A stretch of 64,000 bases of DNA from Takakia lepidozioides (GCA_030704615.1 CM060731.1:31744001-31808000); one strand, 5' to 3'. Shown: positions 11,222 to 25,019, counted from the stretch's first letter. Notes: a model not told the origin generated them from the sequence alone. Program-made: numbers and translations.

Positions 11222-13712
11222 GAAAACCAACAGAGAATTGTGGGCGAGGTACTACCAGCTCCGTAAGGATATCAATCAGCTTGTTAGGTCTCAGAAGAAA
11301 TTATACTGGGACAAGTTATACAGTGAAATAAACTCAAACCACCATGGTGGTAATGACAAGAAATTCTGGTTGGCCCTTCAACGTTTGTACAAGCCTAAAA
11401 ACGGTCAGCAAGTACAAGCGCTGAAGACTACTAAAGGTGCAGTGGTGACTTCATCGGTTGACATTGTCAAAACCTTTGAAAATCACTACAGTATCCTTGG
11501 CAGAACTTCTAGGTCTAACAGTGAGGGGTCTTCTGCTGAATGGAGGGACACAGTTGGAAAAACTGTTCCTATGATTCAAAACAGCCCTGATGAACTGGAG
11601 TATATTTCAATGGCTTATAACGCTCCCATTAGTTCTTCTGAGATTGTGGAAGCAATTGACCATTTAAATGGATATAAAGCTGGTGGACCTGATGGTATTG
11701 TCAACGAGCTTATCAAGCACGGCGGCGATCCCATGATAGAGGCCCTAGTTCTCCTCTTTAACCTTATCTGGAAGACTGAAATGATCCCCTTTCGCTGGCG
11801 ACAGGGGGTCATTGTCAATCTATACAAGAAGGGTGACAGAGAAGAACCGGGGAACTACCGTGGCATCACGCTCCTCAATGCTGTTGGCAAGACATTCTGC
11901 AGAGTTATAAGTACTCGTCTCGAGGTTGATCTGGAGTCTAGAGGTTGTTTCCACGAAGGCCAAGCTGGCTTTCGGCGAAACAGGGGCTGTGTGGATCATA
12001 TCTTCACTCTCAGCCAGATTATCCAGGGAAGGAAAAAAGAAGGGAAACCCACTTATGTTTTTTTCCTGGATGTCAAAAAGGCTTATGACACAGTGTGGAG
12101 AGATGGCCTATGGTTCCGCCTCTGGTCTTGTGGGATCAAGGGAAAGATGTGGAGAGTTGTCCACAACTTGTATGCTCACACCAAAAGCTGTGTCACTGTT
12201 AACGGACAGAAGTCCAACTTCTTTGACATAGACCAAGGTGTAGCTCAAGGATGTACTCTCTCCCCTCTGCTCTTCAATGTTTTTATCAATCAACTCCTCG
12301 AGGATGTGGAAAGTGAGGGATTTGGGTTAAGGGTGGGTGATACCACCAAACCAGCCCTTATGTTTGCGGATGACTTCGCAGGCATAGGGGAGACTCCAAC
12401 CAATCTCCAGGAGTTGATTGATTGCGCGAAGAGATACTTTGATATTTGGGGGCTATAGGCTAATGTCAGCAAATGTGCAGTGGTAGCATTCAACGACAAA
12501 GGAGAGGGAGGAAGTGATCTTAAGTGGCAGTGGGGTAGCCAAGAGATCCCAGTCCTCCCTTCCTACACTTACCTGGGCGTTGAGTTTTCCTCCAATTGTA
12601 ATTGGGATGCACATATCCGGAAAGTTGTTCAAACTGGCAAGGGCAAAGCTCTGGGGCTCACTAAATTTTTCCACTGCAGAGGGGTCAACTCTGAGGTTAA
12701 GAAAACCATGCTTTGCCGCGTTATTAGACCTGCCTTGGAGTACGGATCTGCTATATGGGTTGATAACTCCAACCAGGCTAAGTCTCTAGAATCCATTCAA
12801 GTGGGGGTGCTTAAGGAGTGTATGTCAGCATGCTCCAAAATAGCCAATGTGGCTGTTCGGGGTGAGTTTGGCATTCCGTCCTTAAGCTCCCGACGAGATG
12901 AATTCAAGGTCAGATGGTGGGGTCAGCTGCAACATATGCCCAACACCAGATATCCTAAGTTAATCGACTCTATATCTTGGAAACATGACCACCCTGTCAA
13001 ACAGGCTAAGTCCTGGCAGAAGAGAGTAGAAGAGATTCTCAAGGACCTGGACCTGGATCCGCAAGTCTTGACCCTGCTGGATAAATCTGACTTAGAGGCT
13101 GTAGTGTCCGAAGCCATGTCTGTTGCCATGAGATTGTCTGATGAAAATGAAGTTAGGCAGAAAACTTCCCTGAACTTGTTTCCAGTCAGTGACATGGGGG
13201 AGGACATCTTGGATGACCTCAAGGGTCTACCCACTCTCGACACTAGACTGAAATTTAAACTCAGGGCAGGAAGCCTACCTTTGAACAGCAAACAGAAGCA
13301 GAGAGGAAAGGGAGAGTGCAATTGCCCGTTGTGTGGGCAATCTGAAGACAGTATTCATTTTCTGATACACTGTCCAGGGTTCTCTCACCAAAGAGGCACT
13401 CTCTTCAAATCTATCAAGGGAATTGTGCCTGTACCCCTGTTTACCAACTTTGAAAGTCTCGAGGCTGAGCCGAAAGCCCAGGCCCTCCTGAGGCCTAGTT
13501 TTTGGGCAAATCACACACAGCTGATTGATGCTTGTGTGAAGGGATTTCTAGAGGATATCTGGAAAACCCGGATTAATTCTATATATGAAGGTAAGTCTTA
13601 CTACCAACGTCAGCCCCTGACAGAGGTAGGTTCTGTCCCTTTTGTTCCCGCTCAAAGTGGGCGCGGGGTCAATAGCCACAAGGCAACGGCAAACAACGTC
13701 TTATGAGTACAA
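11222..13712 (+). mobile_element. 5'-truncated LINE (family 1): RT plus C-terminal CCHC, one in-frame stop
   Basis: GPDGI, NYRGITLL, FLDVKKAYDTV, QGCTLSP, FADD, YLG and CPLC...HFLIHC motifs; TAG at 12456 where the 54-kb copy has GAG; 15-bp TSD TCTCTCTCCATATTT (11207-11221 / 13713-13727). Confidence 0.95.
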
Positions 13713-15174
13713 TCTCTCTCCATATTTCTCGTAACCTTAGAGAAAAGGACTGTTGTTTTGATTCTGCTTATAGTTACTGATCTTACCAATGGATGTCATT
13801 TTTGCAGAAATTTCAGGGAAGTCAGATGTCTGGACTTCAAACGACAGGGCGCCCCCTTTGAAGTCATCATCTTGTGGCAATTTTGCCTGTATATTTTAAC
13901 TGTAGGTGGAAATTTATGCGCATAAGGATGTTTGGTCTAGCCTAAATCCTGTGTTCGGTGTTTGAGGGATTGGCACTGGACTCTCAGGGGTATTGAAGGT
14001 TATCACGATTTCAAAACTGCATCTTGCAGCATATTTGCAAAAGGCAGAGCAAATGTGAAGCTTCTCCGGCTAGAAGCATGAAGCATTAAGAATTATACCT
14101 AGCTGGTTGTTCTATTGCAGACCTACTTGGGGGGCCCTGAGGAAAGGATTGCAAAAGTTAGGTCTTGCGCAGGAAGTCTTCCCCTCAGTCTGAGCTCTCA
14201 TGCTAGCGCACAGCTTTCAGAGGGTCTTTTCCGTAGAACGTTGCATTCTTGTCAGCATTCTAGTCACACCTATGTCCTAACTTGGACTATTTTGTTTGTG
14301 TTGGTCAGTTGCAATGGGATCTACTGTGTCTCCCATCATCTTTGATGTTGAATTGTTGGTCAGGCCATCTTTCTTAGCCCACACCTTCAGCCATCCCAGT
14401 TCATAAGTTCTGGTTACAATAGATACTTATTATTCCACTATCATGCGCATAGAGATGGGTGACTGACCAACCCGGCCAGGTCAAATTTGATCTGGGATGA
14501 TGAATCTCAAGTAGGTGGACAACACCATTGTGGAAGTATTTGATAGAATTTACATACAAGCAAGCAATGACAACCGACTTGCCATTGCAGGCAAGTGCTT
14601 ATCTTGTTGACCTGAAAATTTTAACCGTTGGCGCAACTACACTCTGGTATATACTATATACAGACAAAACCACTGACATGAACAGATTAACATTGGCCAA
14701 GCATTAGATAGGGCCCTGGAGTTGAATGGAGGGAGCCGGTTCAGCCAGCGTGGACCCTCCGTCACCCCACGCCCACCCCCGCCTCCATCGCCCGCGTACT
14801 GCGCGGCAGCTGCCGTGCGGCGCGCCCTCCCGCGCCTCATGTGTCCGCTGCGGGGACATGACGCATGCCCTGGCCATGCCCTCTCCCGCATCCCATCCCG
14901 CCTCCCATCCTGCCCTCATGCCTGCCATCGTCCTGCATCCAACGCTATCCCAAGCATACATCATGCATTCATGAAATTATGCATGATTCAAAAATTATTC
15001 TGACAGGTATTCAAATTTCAAATCTGAGCAAAGGACTTGACGTTCAAATATATGCCACGTCGTCACATACATGGCCACCCCAATTGAGGGTTTTGATATC
15101 CTCATCGTGCATTTCCTCGTACAGCAGTTATTTCCATGCTTTCCAAACGCGTTCCTATGCAACGAGGGCGTTCA

Positions 15175-16772
15175 CATTCCATGGAACGCGATGATCGCAG
15201 AATATGCATAGCACGGTCTGGGATGGAGGCTTTGGAGACCTATGAGCAAATGATGCGCGCGGGGGGGGGGGGGGGGGGGGGGTGGGGGTTGAGGCCCAAC
15301 CATATCACGTTTGTTTGCATTTGTAATGCGTGTGCGAGCCTTGCAGCCTTGGAAAATGGCAAAGAGGTCCATGGTGATATCGTCAAAGTTGGAATAGTAC
15401 CAGACGTCATTCTGAACACTGCCCTGGTGGACATGTATGCCAAATGTGGGAGCATTGAAGATGCAAAGGGAGTGTTCGACAACATGGCTGAACGAAATGT
15501 GGTGTCATGGAACGCGATGATTGCAGAATATGCACAACACGGGTGTGGAATGGAGGCTTTGGAGACCTATGAGCAAATGATGCGCGGGGGGTGAGTCCCA
15601 ACCATCACGTTTGTTTGCATTTGCAATGCGTGTGCGAGCCTTGCAGCCTTGGAAAAGGGCAAAGAGGTCCATGGTGATATCGTCAAAGCTGGAATAGTAC
15701 CAGACGTCATTCTGAACACTGCTCTGGTGGACGTGTATGCCAAATGTGGGAGCATTGAAGATGCATTGAGCAGATGATGTGGGAAAGGGTGAAGCCCGAC
15801 CCGCATCACGTTTGTTTGTGTTTGCAAGGCATGTGCAAGCTTGGCAGCTCTCGATAAGGGCAAAGAGGTCCATGGTGACATCGTCAAAGCTGGAAATGTA
15901 CCAGATGTTATTCTGCACAACATCTTTGTGGACATATATGCCAAATATGGGAGCATTGAAGATTCAAATGGAGTGTTTAACACTACGGCTGAACGTAATG
16001 TGGTGTCGTGGAACGCAATGATTAAAGGATATGCACAGCGGGCGCGGGACTGAGGCTTTGCAGACATATGAGCAAATGATGCAAGAAGAGGTGAAGCCCA
16101 ACCACATCACATTTTTTTGTGTTTGCAATTCATGTGCAAGGGTGGCAGCCTTGGAAAAGGACAAAGAGGTCCATGGTGACATCGTCAGAGCTGGTATTGT
16201 ACCAAATGTCACTCTAAACAATGCCCTCGTGGACATGTATGCCAAATGTGGGAGCATGGAGGATGCAAAGGGAGTGTTCAACAATATGGCCGATCGAGAT
16301 GTGGCGTCTTGGAATGCTATGATTGCAAGATATGAAGGAATGAAGCTGGACAGTATCACCTTTATATGTTTTCTCTCTGCATGCAGCCATACTGGCCTAC
16401 TGGATGAAAGAAGACACAACTTTGATTCCCTAAGTCAACATCATGATGAAAGCACTTTGGCTGCATGGTGGACCTTCTTGGACATATGGGGCAATTGGAT
16501 GAGGCAAAGGAGCTTTTAACAAAAATGCCAATGAAACCAAATGCTTTGGTTTGGAGGGCCTTGCTTGGTGCTTGCAGAATCCATGGCAATGTGGAGATGG
16601 TTGAACGTGCAGCAACATCTATTCTCAAGTGGGATGAACAGGATGTTGCGACTTATGTGTTGCTATCAAACATCTATGCTGCAGCTGGCAGGTGGGACGA
16701 TAGTGCAAATGTACGAAAAATGATGAAGGTAAGAGGGGCTAGAAATGAGCCAGGTCATTGCTGCATTGAGGT
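15175..16772 (+). pseudogene. PLS-class PPR (E-type) pseudogene
   Basis: Repeated P/L/S motifs (NALVDMYAKCGSIEDA, NVVSWNAMI), E domain (MVDLLG...WRALLGACRIHGN, YVLLSNIYAAAGRW, PGHCCIEV); several stops/frameshifts and a G22 run; both ends truncated. Confidence 0.9.
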
Positions 16773-17199
16773 CGGCCTCAGCTCACCGCGTCCCTACCAC
16801 TGGGAAGATCGGAAAACCCCTTGGCTGCTCCATGTTATACTAAGACTGCGAGAAGCAAGAAGCCGGAGTACCAACAATGAAGTGGTGAGCGAATGACTCG
16901 TGACCTCCTCATTGACGTTAAAAGCAGGTGTGGCGTATTCTGCCACTTTCTGAGCCTAATTCTCAGGCCGAATTGGCCACCCAGGGTCTACTGCCGATTC
17001 GGCAGGCAGAATTGGCAGGGATGGCCGATTACGCACAGAGGACGCTAGAGCTACCAGCGAGGCCCATGTCGTCAGCTATCAGGGCTCGCCCAAATGCCGC
17101 TTACAAGGCAGAATCGGCCAACCATTTAGGCATTTTTGCACCTAATAATTATTTCAATCGATCAGACTACTTAGGCACGTTTCTCAACCCATTTCTCGC

Positions 17200-17726
17200 A
17201 AGTGTTGGCTTCTATTTTCTTTTCACAAATGCTGAGGCATTTCATGAGAGCTTGGACTAAGCCGCAATATCTCTGCTAAGATTTTGGCTCAGTTTCGAGG
17301 TAGCAAAGAGCTTCTCTTCGAATTTCAGGATAGGACATAGGTGTTGGTTCCCTGTCTCCTTCCAGGCTTTCTTGAGACTTTCCACAAACGATGCCAAGGT
17401 GAGACGTGTTCAATTTGTAGATCCCTCTGCCCCTGGGGAAGGCGTTAGGGAGCAGTATAGATGCAGATATCTTGGCGTGGTCGAAGCCCTGGGGAATCGG
17501 TTCCTAGGGCAGGAGGGTGGCTGAGGGAGAGAGCGAAAGGGAGAAGTAGAAACGGTCAAGCCTGGCCATGCTCAGGTCCTGAAAGCCTTTGTTGTTTGTC
17601 CAGGTAAAATGAGGGAATGAAGAAGAGGAAGTGAGGAGCGAGGAGGACCTTCCACCTCCACCAGACTGTGAGTTTGGGTCAGGCAGTTCCAAGAGCACTC
17701 CTCATCGGGGTTGAGGCTGTAAGAAC
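17200..17726 (-). mobile_element. L1-like LINE endonuclease fragment
   Basis: FTWTN...ARLDRFYFS...DH motif of the APE endonuclease; stops present; left boundary approximate. Confidence 0.65.
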
Positions 17727-17912
17727 CAGTGTTGTGCGGGTCCGGGTTTTGACCCCGGGTACCCGGCGGGTTAGGATCCAGGTTACCCGGACCCGTGTCA
17801 TATGAAAAAACCCGGACCCGCACCCGGACCTGCACCCGGACCCGCCTACTGGGTCCAGAACCCGCTAAACCCGCTACCCGCGGGGCCAGTATGGTGGGTC
17901 GGGTCCGGGTTT
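17727..17912 (+). mobile_element. hAT-like transposon end with ACCCG/CGGGT subterminal repeats
   Basis: Starts CAGTGTTGTG (same terminus as the MITE at 59269) followed by many ACCCG/CGGGT motifs; truncates the LINE fragment. Confidence 0.6.
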
Positions 17913-18194
17913 TTATTTTATTATATATATTTATATTTATAATTAGAAATTGTGAAAAAAAAAAAAAAAAAAAAAAAAACATGCCCCTTACCCCGGGAGA
18001 CCTTGAGCCTCTCCTTCTTCACTTGCTTGACTCATCGCAGGTACTCTCGTAATCTCTCTCTCTTTGAATTTTTGTGTGTTTAGGGTGGGACGTGTAGGGT
18101 CCGCCAGGCAACTAAGATGTGCGTTGTATTTCTGGTTGTGCAGATCAGAGAAGAGAGGGAGGCCACAACAACATGCAAGCCCCACCAATCTTGA

Positions 18195-19125
18195 GCTCCC
18201 ACAATGCATGTTTTTTTTGCAATGTTTTTTGCTTTCGTCTTTTTGTGTGCTTGATTAAGGGTTGGGGTGGTTGTAGGTTATGCGTAGGAGGCGGGCGAGC
18301 ACTAAGCCGGTGTGAGCAGCCAACCCCACCACTCTTGAAAGTAGGGTGGCTGGCCCACAATGCATGTTTTTTTTTTTTTTAATGTTTTTGGCTTTCGTCT
18401 TCTTGTGGTGATTAAGGGTTGGGAATATGGCTGGCAGGTTGTGCATAGGAGGCACGAGCAGTAAGGCCGTGTGAGCAGCCAGCCCCCCCACCACTCTTGA
18501 AGGTAAGCTAGCTGGCCCACGATGCATGTAATTTATTTTTTTTTCATGTTTTTGGCTTTCTTCTTCTTGTGGTGATTAAGGGTTGGAGATATGGCTGGAA
18601 GGTTGTGCATAGGAGGCACACGAGCAGTAAGGCCGTGTGAGCAGCCAGCCCCCCCACCACTCTTGAAGGTAAGCTGGCTGGCCCACAATGCATGTAATTT
18701 TATTTTATTTTCATGTTTTTGGCTTTTGTGTTCTTGTGGTGATTAAGGGTTGGGGATATGGCTGGCAGGTTGTGCGTAGGAGGCACACGAGCAGTAAGGC
18801 CGTGTGAGCAGCCAGCCCCCCCACCACTCTTGAAGGTAAGCTGGCTGGCCCACAATGCATGTAATTTATTTATTTTTTCATGTTTTTGGCTTTCGTGTTC
18901 TTGTGGTGATTAAGGGTTGGGGATATGGCTGGCAGGTTGTGCGTAGGAGGCACACGAGCAGTAAGGCCGTGTGAGCAGCCAGCCCCCCACCACTCTTGAA
19001 GGTAAGCTGGCTGGCCCAGGCCCCACAATGCATGAATTTTTTTTTTTTATGTTTTTGGCTTTCGTCTTCTTGTGGTGGTTGATTAAGGGTTGGGGAAATG
19101 GCTGGCAGGTTGTGCGTAGGAGGCA
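18195..19125. repeat. Tandem repeat, ~165-bp unit, ~5.5 copies
   Basis: GATTAAGGGTT anchor at 18253, 18410, 18574, 18741, 18908, 19081. Confidence 0.95.
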
Positions 19126-19269
19126 GACCAACAATAAGGTCATGGCCATTTATGCCATCATCAATATCCAAGGTAGGTTTCCCATCCAAGGTCAATTGCA
19201 TTTGTTTCTTTTTTGTTTTTTTGGGTGATGAAGAGGGGCGGAGAGAACTTGGCTCGCCCACCCACACAT

Positions 19270-19740
19270 GGCTGAAAGGAAACATTGGTGCAGGATGGAG
19301 GCTTTGGAGACATATCAACAAAACATGTAGGAAGGGCTAGAGCCCAAAAATGTTTTGAAACCATGCACACTAGGGAGTACAAGAATCAGAACGATGGGAG
19401 GTACAATTTGTGCCAGGCTGATGTCTCCAAGACCTCTTTGCCCTTTTAATCCAGGGCTGCCAGGCTTGCACATGCATGGCTGAGAAGCAGTGCATCGGTC
19501 CTCACAATGAGGCTTTGGAGACATCAGCAAATGATGTGGGAAGGGGTACTAGTGCCCAAACAGTTTCAACTTGCATGTAGGCCCAAGAGTGTAGATGACA
19601 TGAGCTGATACAATTCCTGCTCTGATGATGTTTCCAACACCTATTTGCCATTTTCATCCAAGGCGGCCAGACTTGCACACGCATTGGAAACAGATTTGAA
19701 CATGACCTGGTTAGGATTGGCTCCTTGTCAACAACCTTAA
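19270..19740. pseudogene. Degenerate PPR motif fragments (both orientations)
   Basis: GAGGCTTTGGAGACAT-type segments homologous to the 15.2-kb PPR; minus-strand PNQVMF..VSNACASLAALDENGK. Confidence 0.55.
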
Positions 19741-19765
19741 TCAGCCATGCGGGCCTGGGAAATAT

Positions 19766-19945
19766 TCAGAATAGAATGACATGAAGTATTGTGCAAGCTG
19801 GGCATAGGCGGTCCTCCTGTTGCAGGGGTTCCCATCTGCCAGCCTCTATCCATAGATTGTGGGAGCCCACCCTGAACAGCCCCAATGGCCTCAGGAGGGC
19901 AGGAGATAAAGGCGTCGGAAGGTAATTGGGCCGCAAGATTCTATC
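19766..19945 (-). mobile_element. LINE C-terminal fragment (another family)
   Basis: FRVGSHNLWIEAGRW...RLCPAC, a typical LINE ORF2 C-terminus. Confidence 0.6.
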
Positions 19946-20877
19946 ATCTCGGAGAACCAAGAATATCTCTGGATAGTTCTAAATGGAGCTTTGTTGTGAT
20001 ATTGGGTAGCTTCTCCTGACATGTAGTTCCATATGCTCCCCTCTCTGCAACCAAGAGATTGACTGCAGCAGTGCATTGAGCTTTCACACTCTGAACAATG
20101 GTAACAAAATCATCTCTACTCACCATTTGAGGCTGACCGATCATTAGAGACAACATATTCGCCATGTAAGACTGCCCCATGAGTTTGAATGACAAAGTTT
20201 CTTGACCAGTATTCAAATCAAGCACCCACTTCTAACATTATTTCTACCACATCTGAAAACAAGAGAATTTTAGGTTACCATCAAATTATGGCGCCATGAG
20301 TCTGCTTCATAGACATCCCACTGCGACAACCGTGCATGTCATTCATCCTCTAGTTTTGGCGAGAAAATGAGAAAAAAAACCCTTTATTTTCCTGTAGTGA
20401 GGTGGACTCAATATTTTGCGAGAATTTGCCAAGAATAAAAAGGCTAAGCTATGGAAATACTCCCAAAGACCAGAAACCAACGAGAGCTAAGAAAAACAAT
20501 AGTGTGGAAGACCGTCCGCCACAGAGAACTAGAACACTAGAAAGAAGATGCCAACGAGACTAACACAAGAACAATTATAGGAATTGCAAGAGAGAAACAT
20601 CAGCACAATCAGAGCTAGGCTGCAACATTAAATCATGAGCTGAGTTTTGAACTTAATATCCCTAGCCTAACGTTGTCTTTCAACATTTTCGATTTGATCG
20701 AACCAAAAAGTGACATTTTTTAAATTTCCTAAACTTGAGATCCACTTGAAACTCTAGTGTAGTGGTGTAATGACTACCACCATATCCAATTGCAAGTCGA
20801 TATGATTTTTCCTATGGAATGTTTTGTATGGATTTATACATAAGGCTATGAAAGGTGAAAATGTCTAACCAAGTTTC

Positions 20878-23800
20878 TGTTGAAAATTATGATGAGTACA
20901 AGCAGATAGTGTATATTACTGCAACTGTAAGGGAATAACTCATAATGCACAGCAAAGCTGTTACAATGTTTAAACAAAACGAAATGTTAGACAGGGCACT
21001 ATGAAAACGAGATGGATCTTACTACAATAGTAAAAGCTGGTGAGAGAGAGAGCTCCCGCAAGTCTATCACTAAGTCCTACTAGGCACGGTGTAAAAACGA
21101 GTTCACAAACCAAGAAGTCTATCTACCAAGAAAAGATAAAGTCACTAGTCTAACGGCAAGGATACAGTAATCTTGTTGAAATTGTATGAGTTGTGAGATG
21201 TCTGATTGCTGTATCACGAATTATTTCTACACTCCCACTCATCGAACCAACCATTATAGAATTACAAGTAGTTTCATCAGCCAAAACCACATGCCACTAC
21301 ACCACATGCATCGCGGAACTTGTTAAACTTCTCAGCAGCCAGAGCCTTTATAAGAATATATGTCACTTGCTCATGTGTGCTAACATACTTGATGTCAAAG
21401 ACCTTCTCTACTTGCTTCTCTCGAGTGTAGTGATACTGGACATCGATATGTTTGGTGCGCTTCTGAAACTCCGGATTATGTACCAATCTTATGCAGCCCA
21501 TATTATCGCTGCACAGAGCCGTTGCCTTTCCCTGTCCAAACCCAATGTCATATAAGAGCCTGCGGAGCTACACCGCTTCCTTGGTAGCTGCTACATATTC
21601 AGTCTCAGTCGTGGAAGTTGATGTGCATTGTTGACGTTGGCTAGTCCACCCTATTGCCCCACCATTTAGGATGAAAACATATCCACTTCTAGATTTTCTA
21701 GTATCCAGATCCCTTGCATAGTCAGAGTCACAAAATCCGAGAAAACAGTCTCCCAATGGTCTCGTTTTGGCTTGGCACTAAATTTTGCCACAATGTTCAC
21801 GACATATCCAATGTCAGGCCAAGTGCCTATCATGGCAAACATGAGACTTCCAACTACTCTCTGATACAACACGCTCTCCACTTCATCCAGGATATCATCA
21901 GTAGAATCCAAAGAAGGTCTCAATTGGGAATTAGGGTCTGTAGGAACGAACACAAGGCATGCATCTTGCAAGCCAAACTGCTCCACGATGGTTGAGAATG
22001 TATCTCGTTTGACTGAGAAAAATCCTGCATATCTAAGGTCTGTCCCGAGTGATTTGAAGTCCAACATAGCAATCTGCCTCACTGTATTAACCTCAAAAGC
22101 CTTACTGAGGTAATCCATCATCTCATTGACTATTGCTCGGTCAACACCGCATACAAGTCTATCATCTACAAAAATGGTTGTGATGATCTTAGATCCCTAA
22201 ACACAAGGATCTGTAGAGCTAGGTTGGAGCTCATATCTCACCAAGAACTCATGAAACTTGGAATTCCACGCCCTTGATGACTGCTTCAGCCCGTAAAGAT
22301 TTTTTTTTGAGGATACAAACCATATTTTCTCGGCCCTTCTCCACATAACCTTACGGCTGCTCCATGTAATAATCCTCGTGAAGATCTCCAGTAAGGAAGG
22401 CAGTCGTCACATCAAATTGAATGATCAATAGTCTTCCGCTGCAGCTATAGCTAGGATGACTCGTATGGAATCAAACTTGACAATGGGTGAAAATGTCTCA
22501 TTGTAGTCAATTCCAGCAATCTATGAACACCCTTTTGCTATAAGACATGCTTTACAGCGTGCCATTGTACCAAGCCTTCACTTTTGTTTTATATACCCAT
22601 TTGCATTTTATGGTCTTTCTGTCTTTGGGCAGGTGTATTAGCTCCCATGTCTTGTTCTTTTGGAGCGATGAAAATTCTTTGTCCATGGCCCTGATCCAAT
22701 AGGCTGACTAGGCCGCCTTATGAAACGATGCAGGTTCTTCCATGGTCCCCATGTCTACTGCCACAACTATCCAAGCTTGTGAATCTTTTCTTCCAGCTAC
22801 TTCCCACCACTTTCCATAATGGTTTGGTGGCCTCATATTCCTCACTGGTCTTGTTCTCACTTCATCACCATCTGTCCTTCCCTTTACAAATAGGTTCCCA
22901 GATGCAGTATCTCCCACTGGCACAACAAATTCTCCATCGGTCTCTGATGGAGCTGGTTTTGATATCTCTTGATCCATTGATTCCAACTCGGGATTGATGC
23001 AGTCTTTCTCATCTTGCGGTGCCTCAACTCCAAGCGTGGCTTCATTCATGGTAATTTCGCCTTTATGGTTTCTTTTTTTCAAGTGCAGGTTTTGTTGGCT
23101 AAAACCCTCTGTTAGCCAAAACCTTCTCTTCAAGATTTTGTTGACAAAAACCCTCAGTGGGTTGATCACCAGCCAAAACCCTAACTCCAAGGTCCCCATG
23201 ATGAAGAACCTCATGGAAAATTACATATCTGCTCACCTTTATTTGTCTCTTGATTGGATCCCAAAGCCTATATGCTTTGCTACATCCTTCCTTCATATAT
23301 GCAGTTTTGATCCCTTTGTCTACTGCCTGTCCAAGGCTGAAAAAGTTCCTCTTCAGTTCAGGAACGTAAAGTGCCAGCTTGATCTCTCCTGCCACGATCT
23401 TGTTTCCAACCTTACAACTTATTTCAATGTCACCAACACCGGCAAGTTCCCACAACTTATGATCATCTACAACGTGAACATGCCAAATACAGCTCTCTAC
23501 AGGCGTTAAAGTTTTGAACCAATCTCGTCTATTTGTCATAAAACAGATGCACCTCCATCCACATACCAAGCTTCTTTGTCCAATTGCTTACTTGATGTGG
23601 CAGCAAACGCGATACTTCCACTAGCAAGGATGTTTGCTTGGCTTTTCTCTTCGTCGCTTCTATCTTTCTTTCTGCTTCTACACTATCTTGCCCAATGACC
23701 TTTCTCTCCAAACTTATTACATGTGGTCTTCCTCTTGAGCTCCTTTATGTACTCAGAGTCCTCTCTTCTGCCGTTTCTATCTCAGCCATGGTTTCTGTCG

Positions 23801-24030
23801 ATGGCCTTCCCCAAAAAAGCCTCATCATCGTGTTCCCCCGATGCAGAGTCTTACCTTAGTCTCTTCTTTCAGCAATCTAGCAGTCAATCTCTCAATGGTC
23901 TGCTGATCCTCTGGAAGGTTATCCCAAGCAGCAATTATATGGCGGTAGCTTGAAGGTAGGCTACAAATTATCCTTGTAACAATGGCTGAATCAGTGGTTG
24001 TTTCACCCATATCATTTAGCTGCCGTGCCA
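20878..24030 (-). mobile_element. Decayed Ty1/Copia element, 5'-truncated; 3' LTR 20878-21231
   Basis: LTR TGTTG...CTACA next to PPT (GAGTGGGAG on - strand); RNaseH (KRTKHIDV, DSDYA), RT, protease and gag (MARQLNDMGE...LPSSY) remnants; gag cut at the LINE junction and no 5' LTR found. Confidence 0.88.
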
Positions 24031-24579
24031 TGAGAAGATGTCGAAATATTTCTTTCAGAAAATGAAACTCCGCAGAGCTCTGCAAACTATCTCCGAACTC
24101 TACACTGATGCTGCGGGTGCTAAATCCTCCAACCCTAAGCTTATGTGTGCAACAACCTTTCAGCACTTCACCATCTTCTTCCAATCAGAACCCAAAGACC
24201 CTACCTACCAGGAACGCCTACATCAATGCCTCAACTCGGTCCCTCAACAATTGTTACCAGAGGATTCACTAGACCTACTCGCAGAGTTTACTGAGCAGGA
24301 GTTAGAGGAAGAGCTTAAGTCTATGAACAACAACAAAGCCCCGGCCGGTATCCCGGTAGAATTCTACAAAACATTATGGCCTGTCATTTCAAAGGATTTT
24401 TGTGAAATGGCCAACAGGATCAAGCTCACAGGCCGCATGCCCATGTCTATGACATAGGGAGTCATCACTTTGCTCTACAAAAAGGGGGATAGGGCCAACA
24501 TCGGAAACTGTAGGCCCATCACTCTTCTAAATGTGGCCTACAAAGTCATAGCACAGACCCTCGCTCTCCGTATTCAACC

Positions 24580-24673
24580 TGTCATGCGCATACATATCGC
24601 TACACAACTACATCGCTGTCCAAACCACACCACACATATATGCACAATAAAGTAGTCTGCCACAATCGCCCCC
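24580..24673 (-). repeat. Terminal repeat B2
   Basis: 94 bp, 2 mismatches versus B1 (25020-25113). Confidence 0.95.
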
Positions 24674-25017
24674 GATAAACAAGCTAAAAGGACACACACT
24701 CTCAACACAAGAAATATGAAATCCATCGCTATCACTCTTTAAAAATAGAAGTCGAGCCAGGGGCACCCCAAGCTATGGGGACTCCACCCCACAACAACCT
24801 ACACTCCCATCATAAGCACACTCAGATCTAAACGCATGAAGGAGCTCGGTCGCGCAGGCTCAACTCGAGAGAGATGAGCTACGCGACTGCCGCTCTCGTG
24901 AAGATAAGGCGGTTCAAACTTGACACCTGATTTAACACTTGACCTAAATCCAAGTGTAAAATACAAATAACTAGCTTTATTCTAGTTGTTTTCACACTGT
25001 GCTTATTTAACTTGACA
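24674..25017 (-). repeat. Terminal repeat A2
   Basis: Matches A1 (36651-36987, plus 35379-35388 displaced by the inversion): 1 substitution and a 12-bp indel. Confidence 0.95.
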
Positions 25018-25019
25018 GC

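Noticed and set aside
14637-15003. GC-rich overlapping ORFs
   Set aside because: Low-complexity sequence, likely transposon-internal; open frames are explained by GC content.
19944-20225. Pseudouridine synthase-like snippet (GQSYMANMLSLMIG)
   Set aside because: A single weak motif; cannot be supported without a search.
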